Source: Bacillota bacterium (GTDB taxonomy: Bacteria; Bacillota; Clostridia; Lachnospirales; Bianqueaceae). Taken from it: a stretch of DNA of 64,000 nt. Under the pieces are notes generated by a model. It was not told the DNA's origin. It was given only the letters and a program-made list of their open reading frames with translations, and made no database searches. Where the stretch lies: the NCBI GenBank assembly GCA_017441925.1, contig JAFRUE010000016.1, positions 5,269-69,268 on the forward strand, in the 5' to 3' direction. The position numbers and the translations under genes are program-made. Positions 56,570 to 64,000 of the stretch are shown here, in pieces; position 1 is the stretch's first letter, and each line of letters begins with the position of its first letter.

Positions 56570-57793
56570 ATGACAACGTACGAGGAACTGAAACGCCGCG
56601 GGCTGATCGCTCAGGTAACGGACGAGAAGCTGATCCAGGAGATGATCGACAGCGGCAAAGCTACTTTCTACATCGGATTCGACTGCACGGCGGACAGCCT
56701 GACAGCCGGACACTTTATGGCGCTGACGCTGATGAAGCGTCTGCAGATGGCCGGCAACAAACCGATCGCGCTGATCGGCGGCGGCACCACCATGATCGGC
56801 GACCCCTCCGGACGCACTGACATGCGCAAAATGCTGACACGCGAGGACATCGACCATAATGCCGAGTGCTTCCGCAAGCAGATGGAGCGCTTCATCGAGT
56901 TCGGACCCGGCAAGGCGCAGATGGTCAACAACGCCGACTGGCTGCTCAGCCTGAATTACGTCGAGCTGCTGCGCGAAGTCGGAGCCTGCTTCTCTGTTAA
57001 CAACATGCTGCGCGCGGAATGCTACAAGCAGCGCATGGAGAAAGGCCTCAGCTTCTTTGAATTCAACTACATGATCATGCAGAGCTATGACTTCTACTAC
57101 CTGTTCCAGCATTACGGCTGCAATATGCAGTTCGGCGGCGACGACCAGTGGAGCAACATGCTGGGTGGCACCGAGCTGATCCGCAAGAAGCTGGGCAAGG
57201 ACGCGCATGCGATGACCATCACGCTGCTCACCGATTCACAGGGCAAGAAGATGGGCAAGACCGCTGGTAACGCCGTATGGCTGGATGCCAACAAGACCAC
57301 ACCGTTTGAGTTCTACCAGTACTGGCGCAATGTCGGCGATGCGGACGTCGTCAAGTGCCTCAAGATGCTCACTTTCCTGCCGATCGAGGAGATCGAGGCG
57401 ATGGAGGCCTGGGAAGGCAGCCAGCTGAATCGCGCCAAGGAGATCCTGGCGTATGAGCTGACCACGATGGTGCACGGCAAGGAAGAAGCCGACAAGGCAC
57501 AGGAGAGCGCCCGCGCACTGTTCTCTGCCGGTGCCGCGTCCGACATGCCGACGACTGAACTTGCTGCCGACGACTTCACAGACGGCGCGCTCGACATCAT
57601 CAGCCTTGTCGTAAAGGCCGGGCTTGCCCCGACCCGTTCTGAGGCACGCCGTAATGTACAGCAGGGCGGCGTCACAGTCGACGACGAGAAGGTCACTGAC
57701 TACACCACCACGTTCCCGCAGGACCGTTTTGCCGGCGACGGCGTCGTCGTCCGCCGCGGCAAAAAGAACTTCCGCAAGGTCGTTGTGAAATAA
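56570..57793 (+). CDS. tyrS: tyrosine--tRNA ligase
   Basis: 407 aa. HIGH-type motif (SLTAGHF), KMSKS-type KMGKT, C-terminal S4 domain. Confidence 0.95.
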   Translation: MTTYEELKRRGLIAQVTDEKLIQEMIDSGKATFYIGFDCTADSLTAGHFMALTLMKRLQMAGNKPIALIGGGTTMIGDPSGRTDMRKMLTREDIDHNAECFRKQMERFIEFGPGKAQMVNNADWLLSLNYVELLREVGACFSVNNMLRAECYKQRMEKGLSFFEFNYMIMQSYDFYYLFQHYGCNMQFGGDDQWSNMLGGTELIRKKLGKDAHAMTITLLTDSQGKKMGKTAGNAVWLDANKTTPFEFYQYWRNVGDADVVKCLKMLTFLPIEEIEAMEAWEGSQLNRAKEILAYELTTMVHGKEEADKAQESARALFSAGAASDMPTTELAADDFTDGALDIISLVVKAGLAPTRSEARRNVQQGGVTVDDEKVTDYTTTFPQDRFAGDGVVVRRGKKNFRKVVVK

Positions 57794-57850
57794 TCAAAGC
57801 CGGGGAGACATCCGGCCGGCAAGAAGAATTCGCCTGACGCAAGAGACTTT

Positions 57851-57902
57851 CCCTCATTTTGAGTGAAAGAACAGCTCCACTGGCTGAACAATCCGGTAAA
57901 AA
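57851..57902 (+). repeat. partial/degenerate copy of the multi-hairpin repeat family (copy C)
   Basis: CCCTCATTTTGAGT-N15-CTGGCTGAACA...CCGGTAAAAA. It shares CATTTTGAGT-N15-CTGGC at identical spacing with copy A (42977-43006). It also shares the 9-mer GGCTGAACA with 42879-42887. Confidence 0.55.
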
Positions 57903-57910
57903 CGCGAAAA

Positions 57911-57947
57911 GTTCCGTACGGAGGGACACTTCTGTACGGAACTTTTT
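57911..57947. terminator. bidirectional intrinsic terminator between tyrS and glnN
   Basis: AAAA-GTTCCGTACGGA...TGTACGGAAC-TTTTT. Confidence 0.8.
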
Positions 57948-57983
57948 CATATTTTATCTAAAAATTCAGCCGTTAAGATCGTT

Positions 57984-60065
57984 TTATACTCTGAACAGCA
58001 GATCGCTGTAGACCGGGAACGGCCAGAATTTCCTGTCGACGATGGTCTCAAGCGTGTCGGCAGTCTTGCGGACTTCTGCCATAGCCGGGATCACGTTGTC
58101 GCGGTAGTACTCCGCTTCTTTCTGATGATCCTCGCAGTGCGCAGCCTCCGCAGCCGCTTCCAGATGCGCGTTCTGCCCGGCGAGCTGTACGGCGAGCTCC
58201 GTCAGGCGGCTGATCTTGGCTGTTTCATACGCAGTCGGAAGGCCCAGCGTCTTTTTGCCCACCGCGATCTCCGTCAGTTCCTTCATATAGGCCTCGACTG
58301 CCGGAATGATCTGGCGGCGGACCATATCGGCCATGACGCTGGCTTCGATATTCTGCACCTTGCTGTAGTTTGTCAGATAGATATCATTGCGCGCGATGAG
58401 CTCCTGCTCGGAAAAGATCCTGTGGCGGCGGAACAGGTCGATACTCTTCTGCGACACGTAATACGGCGAAGCATCAGGCAGCGTCGGCAGATTCATCAGA
58501 CCGCGGCGCGCGGCTTCCTTCTTCCACTCGTCGCCGTAGCCGTTGCCGTTGAAAATGATCCTCTGATGAGCCGTCAGCTCTTCTTTGATCAGGCGGTTCA
58601 GCTCTTCGTTGAAATCCTCTGCCTGCTCCAGCCTGTCCGCATAGCGGCGCAGGATCTCGGCAACAGACGTGTTCAGCACGATATTGGGCTCGGAGATCGA
58701 CTGCGGAGCTCCCGGCATACGGAATTCGAATTTATTACCGGTGAAAGCGACCGGCGAGGTGCGGTTCCGGTCCGTCGTGTCCTTCGCAAAGCGCGGCAGG
58801 ATATGCACGCCGACCTTCATCTCTTCTTTGGTCCTCGGATCGTAGACCGCGCCGGTGATGATCGAGGTCACGATCTCTTCCAGTTCTGTCCCCAGATAGA
58901 TGCTGATGATCGCCGGAGGCGCTTCGCTGACGCCCAGACGGTGATCGTTGCCGGCGCTCGCGACCGACATGCGCAGCAGCTCCTGGTACTCGTCGACCGC
59001 TGCGACCACCGCTGTCATGAACAGCAGGAACTGCGCGTTCTCGATGGGCGAATCGCCGGGATCGAACAGGTTGAGTCCCGTATCCGTGGAAATCGACCAG
59101 TTGTCGTGCTTGCCGCTTCCGTTGACGTAGGCAAAAGGCTTCTCCGCAAGCAGGCATACCAGGCCGTGCCGAAGCGCGACTTTCTGCATCGTCTCCATCG
59201 TCAGCTGGTTCTGATCCGTCGCCGCGATAACGTTCGTATAGACCGGTGCGAGCTCATGCTGCGCCGGCGCCGCTTCGTTATGCTCTGTCTTTGCCAGCAC
59301 GCCGAGCTTCCACAGCTCTTCGTTCAGCTCGGTCATGAAAGCGGTGATCTTAGGCGCGATCGCTCCGTAATAATGATCGTCGAGCTCCTGTCCCTTGGGC
59401 GGCTTCGCGCCGAAAAGCGTACGGCCGCAGAAACGCAGGTCTTCTCTCTGATCATAGAGTTCTTTATCCACCAGGAAATACTCCTGCTCAGGGCCGACCA
59501 TCGCGTCCGCATGGCTCGCCTGAGTGTTGAAAAGCTTCAGGATCCGCATTGTCTGGTGGTTCAGCGTCTCGGAAGACGCAAGCAGCGGGCCTTTTTTGTC
59601 GAGCGCTTCGCCGTTATAGGAGTAGAAAACGGTCGGGATGCACAGGACTCCGTCCTTGATAAACGCGTAAGAGCTCGGATCCCACGCCGTATAACCACGG
59701 GCCTCGAACGTCGCGCGCAGGCCGCCTGACGGGAAACTCGATGCGTCGGACTCGCCCTTGATCAGCTCTTTGCCGGAGAATTCCATCAGGACCTGACCCT
59801 GGCCGGCAGGCGAAATAAAGCTGTCATGCTTCTCCGCGGTCACGCCGGTCATCGGCTGGAACCAATGCGTATAGTGTGTCACGCCCTTCTCTACCGCCCA
59901 GTCTTTCATCGCGGCAGCAACGATATCCGCGATCGACGGATCCAGGCCTTTGCCCAGCTCCATCGTTCTCTTCAGGGCATGGTACACATTCTTGGGAAGA
60001 CGGTTCTGCATGACGGCATCGTTAAAGACCATCGATCCGAATGTTTCTTCCATGCTTTTGCGCAT
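57984..60065 (-). CDS. glnN: type III glutamine synthetase
   Basis: 693 aa. N-terminus [18 protein letters not shown]...[12 protein letters not shown] and the length are typical of GSIII. RBS AAGGAGGAG. Confidence 0.92.
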   Translation of the reverse strand: MRKSMEETFGSMVFNDAVMQNRLPKNVYHALKRTMELGKGLDPSIADIVAAAMKDWAVEKGVTHYTHWFQPMTGVTAEKHDSFISPAGQGQVLMEFSGKELIKGESDASSFPSGGLRATFEARGYTAWDPSSYAFIKDGVLCIPTVFYSYNGEALDKKGPLLASSETLNHQTMRILKLFNTQASHADAMVGPEQEYFLVDKELYDQREDLRFCGRTLFGAKPPKGQELDDHYYGAIAPKITAFMTELNEELWKLGVLAKTEHNEAAPAQHELAPVYTNVIAATDQNQLTMETMQKVALRHGLVCLLAEKPFAYVNGSGKHDNWSISTDTGLNLFDPGDSPIENAQFLLFMTAVVAAVDEYQELLRMSVASAGNDHRLGVSEAPPAIISIYLGTELEEIVTSIITGAVYDPRTKEEMKVGVHILPRFAKDTTDRNRTSPVAFTGNKFEFRMPGAPQSISEPNIVLNTSVAEILRRYADRLEQAEDFNEELNRLIKEELTAHQRIIFNGNGYGDEWKKEAARRGLMNLPTLPDASPYYVSQKSIDLFRRHRIFSEQELIARNDIYLTNYSKVQNIEASVMADMVRRQIIPAVEAYMKELTEIAVGKKTLGLPTAYETAKISRLTELAVQLAGQNAHLEAAAEAAHCEDHQKEAEYYRDNVIPAMAEVRKTADTLETIVDRKFWPFPVYSDLLFRV

Positions 60066-60145
60066 ATGGGTCTCCTCCTTGGCTGATTCATATGGTCACG
60101 CGGCTCATCGGTGCCGCGCCGCGGCGTTTTGCACCGCGTTGCCGT

Positions 60146-60175
60146 ATTATAACACGCTTTCCCCGCGTCTGTCCA
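60146..60175 (-). promoter_or_regulatory. candidate promoter of glnN
   Basis: On the minus strand: TGGACA, 18-nt spacer, TATAAT. The -35 box sits in the loop of a CCCCGCG/CGCGGGG inverted repeat (60161-60188). Confidence 0.4.
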
Positions 60176-60231
60176 TAGATGCGCGGGGAATCCTGGCGAA
60201 AAATCGCGGCGATCCACGGCAAAATTCATTT

Positions 60232-60260
60232 TGACAAACAGCGCCGCATCGGGTACAATA
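60232..60260 (+). promoter_or_regulatory. promoter of the HIT gene
   Basis: TTGACA, 17-nt spacer, TACAAT. Confidence 0.6.
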
Positions 60261-60301
60261 AGGCTATCTTAACCGCGCAGCGGAGAAAGGACATATTGAA
60301 T

Positions 60302-60721
60302 ATGAAAGATCCGAATTGTGCTTATTGTATGGAAGGCGAGCTGCTCGCCCAGTTTGGCATCAAGATCTGCGAACTGGAAGCAGGTATCCTCTATCTTTTT
60401 AAGGAACAGAGCCATCCCGGCCGCGTCATCGTCGCGACCAAGCGCCATCTGAACGACATCGTCGATATGACCGATGAAGAGCGCACCGCGTTCTTCGGAG
60501 ACGTCGCGCATGTATCCGCGGCTCTGCAGAAGGTCTTCCATCCCGACAAAGTCAACTACGGCATGTACAACGACAAGGGCGGCCATTTCCACGTCCATAT
60601 GGTCCCCAAATACAAAGATCAGTATGAATGGGGTACCGTTTTTGAGATGAACCCCGGCAAAACGCTCCTCTCCGACGCGGAGTACGACGAGCTGATCGCC
60701 AAGATCAAAGCCGCTCTGTAA
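60302..60721 (+). CDS. HIT (histidine triad) family protein
   Basis: 139 aa from the ATG at 60302 (RBS GGAGAAAGG). Histidine triad GGHFHVHMVPK. Confidence 0.88.
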   Translation: MKDPNCAYCMEGELLAQFGIKICELEAGILYLFKEQSHPGRVIVATKRHLNDIVDMTDEERTAFFGDVAHVSAALQKVFHPDKVNYGMYNDKGGHFHVHMVPKYKDQYEWGTVFEMNPGKTLLSDAEYDELIAKIKAAL

Positions 60722-60873
60722 GGCAGCGCAGCTTTGATGCCGGCGCAGATCGAAGGAATGCAGGCAGTTTCGGCCCTGCAAGTCGGCATGGATCAGACCA
60801 TTGCCGACAGTTTCGCATCACCGCCGGGCCATTTCGCATCGAAACTGCAGAACTGTCCCTGGCAGGCCGGGCT

Positions 60874-61082
60874 GTGGCGGTAAAAGCGCCTTCTTTTTCA
60901 ATTTTTACCGCCATTCGGGCTGAAAAAAGCATCAAGAAACCGCTGATTTCACTATTTTTGATGCCGATTCGTGTCACTGCGGCAGAACAAATGGCGAAAT
61001 CAGCGGTTTTTTCTGCCGACAAGGCCAAAATCCAGTGAAAACTGGCAGTAAAAATCGAGCTTTTCCTGTTTTTTACCGCCGC
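60874..61082 (+). repeat. multi-hairpin intergenic repeat element, copy B
   Basis: GGCGGTAAAA 60876-85 / TTTTTACCGCC 60902-12; GGCTGAAAAAA 60918-28 with GCATCAA 60929-35 / TTGATGC 60958-64; GGCAGAA 60981-87 / TTCTGCC 61011-17; GGCAGTAAAAA 61044-54 / TTTTTACCGCC 61070-80. Confidence 0.8.
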
Positions 61083-61172
61083 AACCAACACAAGGCAACC
61101 TTATAAGACAACGAGAGCTTGCGAAAAACGGCCGATCCGTTTCCGCAAGCTCATTTTCTGTCCGCAAGCTGT

Positions 61173-61478
61173 TCAGCGCCCCGCAGCCGGCCAGTCGGCT
61201 GCCTCGAGAAATGCATTAATCCGGTCCAGGCACTCCCGCCGCTGGTCATCCACCGCGATCCGGAAGAAATCATTGCCCTCAATTCCTTTGATCGAGTATT
61301 CGGCCGTATCGATCTTGAAGAAAGGTCTGCGCAGCATTCCGAGATAGGTCATGCTGCCCAGCGGCCGCAGAAGGTCGACAAGTGCTTTGTCCACCGGAGC
61401 CGCCAACAGATAATCATAGGCATACCACCCCGCTTCCACGCAGTTCTCGCGCGACGGAATGATCTCAAGTATCTTCAC
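61173..61478 (-). CDS. hypothetical protein (101 aa), translationally coupled to the upstream aminotransferase
   Basis: 4-nt ATGA-type overlap with the 61475..62716 gene. Composition is consistent with the neighbouring genes. I recognise no family. Confidence 0.6.
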   Translation of the reverse strand: MKILEIIPSRENCVEAGWYAYDYLLAAPVDKALVDLLRPLGSMTYLGMLRRPFFKIDTAEYSIKGIEGNDFFRIAVDDQRRECLDRINAFLEAADWPAAGR

Positions 61479-62716
61479 AGGCGGCCTCCTTTCGCGGCAG
61501 CGCCGGCGGCAGATCTGTCATCAGAACCGGCAGCCGGTCCGGCGTCTGGATTCGGGACAGATTCCGCGATCTCCCGGACCGCCCGGACAAGCGCTTCGAT
61601 CTCGGACATCACATTCATGTCCGATACGCTGACCCGTACTGTCCCGTCCGCATACGTCCCCATCTCCTGATGGATCAGCGGTGCGCACTGCAGGCCGGCC
61701 CGGACAATGATCCCGTACGCGTTCTGCAGAATATAAGCCACGTCTCCGGCTTTCATCCCGCCGATATTAAAGCTCAGGACAGGCCCGTAATCTGACTCCT
61801 TGCCTTCCGGCCATCCATAGACCTTCACTCCCGGGATTTTCCGGAGCTCCCGGCTGCAGACGGTCATCAGCCCGCGTTCATGCTCCGCGATCGCATCTAC
61901 TCCACGCTCCAGGCAGTACCGGACCCCGGCGCCAAGGGCTGCGATTCCCGGACCGTTCTGCGTCCCGACTTCGTATTCATAAGCATCCGGCTGATCGTCA
62001 CGGTAGTACAGTTTCCGGCTGTCCCTTCCTGTCCCTCCGTACCGGTACGGCCGGAAAGGTATCCCATCCCGGACATAATAAGCTCCCGTCCCCTGCATGC
62101 CGTACAGGCTCTTATGGCCGGTCAGGATCAGCACATCGATGCCCCATTCGTCCGCACAGACCGGGACACACCCTGCACTCTGCGCGGCATCCACGATCAG
62201 AATCGCACCGGCTTCATGCACAGCGCGTGAGATCGCGGCAAGATCCTGGATCCGTCCCGTCACATTAGACATATGATTCACAAAAACCACAGACGGTTCA
62301 GCTATAACGTCAAGAGCCCTGGCAACCGCTTCCGGCGCGACATATCCGGTTTCATCACACGGAATGATCCGTACGTCCCCTGTTTGCGGTCCGTAGACAG
62401 GCTCCAGCAGATTAACAAGCGGCCGCAGCACGCTGTTGTGTTCGGTCTCCGTCGCAAAGATCCGGTGCCCTTCAAACGGCAGCCCGTAAATGATCGCGTT
62501 GGCCGAATCCGTCGCGCCGGACGAAAAGAAGATCCGTCCCGTGTCCCGGATCCCGAGCAGCTGTCCGAGAGCCTGCCGCGTTTTGCCGGCAGCATCGTCA
62601 TCCCCCGCCGAACTCCGGAACTGTGAAGAAGGCAGCGCACGAACCGCCTGTTCATACGCTGCCAGCACGCTTTCAGGTTTAGGCCACGACGTCGCCGCCT
62701 GATTCAGATATATCAT
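61475..62716 (-). CDS. class V aminotransferase-fold PLP enzyme (cysteine desulfurase/selenocysteine lyase-like)
   Basis: 413 aa. PLP-lysine context LTGHKSLYGMQGTG, active-site-like RAGLQCAP. Short N-terminus starting MIYLNQAATSWPKP. Confidence 0.85.
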   Translation of the reverse strand: MIYLNQAATSWPKPESVLAAYEQAVRALPSSQFRSSAGDDDAAGKTRQALGQLLGIRDTGRIFFSSGATDSANAIIYGLPFEGHRIFATETEHNSVLRPLVNLLEPVYGPQTGDVRIIPCDETGYVAPEAVARALDVIAEPSVVFVNHMSNVTGRIQDLAAISRAVHEAGAILIVDAAQSAGCVPVCADEWGIDVLILTGHKSLYGMQGTGAYYVRDGIPFRPYRYGGTGRDSRKLYYRDDQPDAYEYEVGTQNGPGIAALGAGVRYCLERGVDAIAEHERGLMTVCSRELRKIPGVKVYGWPEGKESDYGPVLSFNIGGMKAGDVAYILQNAYGIIVRAGLQCAPLIHQEMGTYADGTVRVSVSDMNVMSEIEALVRAVREIAESVPNPDAGPAAGSDDRSAAGAAAKGGRL

Positions 62717-62717
62717 T

Positions 62718-63977
62718 TTATCCTTCCAGCACGTTAAAGTGCATGATCTTCGCGAGTTCTTTAAGCTGCTTCATGTAATTGCCGAAGACAAGCACCTGAT
62801 GATGACCGAATCCGGCCAGATTATGCATGAAAGTCCGCGCGTCGTCCATCTGGATGTAATAGAACGGGCTGCAGTAGATCTCCTGGAACTCGCTGCGGAT
62901 GACCTTGCCGACCTTGACGCAGAGTGTATCACCCATGGGATTCACCCGGCCGAGCGTGATTTCGTCCTGGTCATTCTCGGTGAAATCAACCTGCAGCTTG
63001 CCGCCGAAGCCCTGTCCGGTAAACGCCCAGAGCTTGTACTCCAGCGGTTTTGTCCCGAATCCGTTCATCTGCAGGGCCGGGACAGCGTGATGGATCTTAA
63101 GGATCTCATCGGATACATATTCCGGATTGCCCATGAAGGCCGGACGGTTCCCGAGATACATCATCATCGTCATTGCTGTCAGCGCGTTCAGATCCTCTTC
63201 GCAGGCACTCGGAATCCCCTGATCCTTGAGCAGCGAATGGCAGACGCACGGCGTGAACTTACGATTCTGCGGGATTTCCGACGTGCAGAGCTCGTGGCAC
63301 GCGGTCGAGAACGCGTTGCAGTCATAGATGTCCATCATCTTGCGCGCGGCCAGATAGTATTTGATATCATTCAGGAACCACTCCGTATTGACGCGTGTGT
63401 CCGCGGAACCGGCAAGCATCTTCTCCGCGATCGGGCGTGCCTCCTCGTCCGTGATGGCGTCCATATAAGGCACGATGCTGTCAAAAGGCAGCTTGACGAC
63501 CTCCAGACCGTACTTCTGGCGGATGATCTCCGGATCGCGGATCAGGCTCTGCATGCCGAATGTTGGCTGCGCCCCGGCTGTCAGCACGAGCGCGCGGGTA
63601 TTCGCGACGGCTTTGCGGACCCAGAGCAGATGTGCCAGTTCGTTCAGATCCTGCAGATCCATGCAGACATAGGCTTCGATCCCGAGTGAACGGCAGTACG
63701 CAGCAAAATCGATGCCTTCGTTTCCGTTCTGCATGATGACGACCGGCTTATGATAGCGCTCAAGCTTGGGAATCCGCCAGTTCATGCACAGGAAGAAATC
63801 GACCTTGTCCATATCTTCCTCGATCTGCGCGTAGACCTCCTGCGGGACGACGAATTTCTCGTCATACCGCGCGTCGACCGCGGGCAGCAACGTCATTTCG
63901 TCGGAAGCGCCTTCCAGCACCTTGCAGGCGTGGGCGAAACCACGGTCAGCAGCAGCCGCCTCGGCCTCCTGTGTCAT
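62718..63977 (-). CDS. FucI/AraA-like sugar isomerase superfamily protein (tentative); the start may lie beyond the window
   Basis: 419 aa. The PSACEEDLNALTAMTMM segment resembles the conserved CE.D motif of L-fucose/L-arabinose isomerase-like proteins. The frame stays open upstream to position 64000, although AAGGAAAA precedes the ATG at 63977. Confidence 0.55.
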   Translation of the reverse strand: MTQEAEAAAADRGFAHACKVLEGASDEMTLLPAVDARYDEKFVVPQEVYAQIEEDMDKVDFFLCMNWRIPKLERYHKPVVIMQNGNEGIDFAAYCRSLGIEAYVCMDLQDLNELAHLLWVRKAVANTRALVLTAGAQPTFGMQSLIRDPEIIRQKYGLEVVKLPFDSIVPYMDAITDEEARPIAEKMLAGSADTRVNTEWFLNDIKYYLAARKMMDIYDCNAFSTACHELCTSEIPQNRKFTPCVCHSLLKDQGIPSACEEDLNALTAMTMMMYLGNRPAFMGNPEYVSDEILKIHHAVPALQMNGFGTKPLEYKLWAFTGQGFGGKLQVDFTENDQDEITLGRVNPMGDTLCVKVGKVIRSEFQEIYCSPFYYIQMDDARTFMHNLAGFGHHQVLVFGNYMKQLKELAKIMHFNVLEG

Positions 63978-64000
63978 ATTTTCCTTACGGCCGGCACGGC

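Noticed and set aside
56495-57208. 237-aa minus-strand ORF across the tyrS 5' region.
   Set aside because: Antisense to a canonical tyrS, and it begins inside the T-box terminator. Artefact.
1-64000. Searched by eye for tRNA/rRNA genes, integrases, transposases, toxin-antitoxin pairs, restriction-modification or other recognisable defence genes.
   Set aside because: None found. The window is metabolic and housekeeping apart from the small low-GC island and the repeat elements.

Overview
High-GC (~55-60%) chromosomal segment with the gene content of an anaerobic Firmicute (Clostridia-like): T-box leader, SufU-type suf operon, desulfoferrodoxin, type III glutamine synthetase and an electron-bifurcating [FeFe]-hydrogenase. 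I support about 60 protein genes. From left to right: a MarR plus heterodimeric ABC exporter, dfx, ychF and purC. Next comes a ~2.5 kb low-GC island carrying a DUF4236 protein and a Kv-like K+ channel. Then sufCBDSU with an Rrf2 regulator, followed by a STAS/kinase/GHKL partner-switching-like pair. The hydC-ATPase-Fd-hydB-hydA hydrogenase operon is followed by a DRTGG/GHKL/HydS-like/DRTGG/PHP putative sensory module. After that: a NitT/TauT-type ABC importer, GH3 and GH43 glycosidases, RidA/VOC, an amino-acid ABC importer and MATE pumps. A glycine-riboswitch-controlled gcvT-H-PA-PB-lplA-lpdA-ansA operon sits back to back with a Tyr T-box and tyrS. The window ends with glnN, a HIT protein, and an uncharacterised isomerase-like/class-V aminotransferase/small-protein operon that runs to the right edge. 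No rRNA, tRNA, CRISPR array, integrase or transposase was seen. The least explained signal is a family of multi-hairpin intergenic repeats (GGCGGTAAAAA / GGCTGAA / GGCAGAA stems). Two full copies and one partial copy are present, all at convergent gene junctions. Most long ORFs antisense to the genes above are high-GC artefacts.
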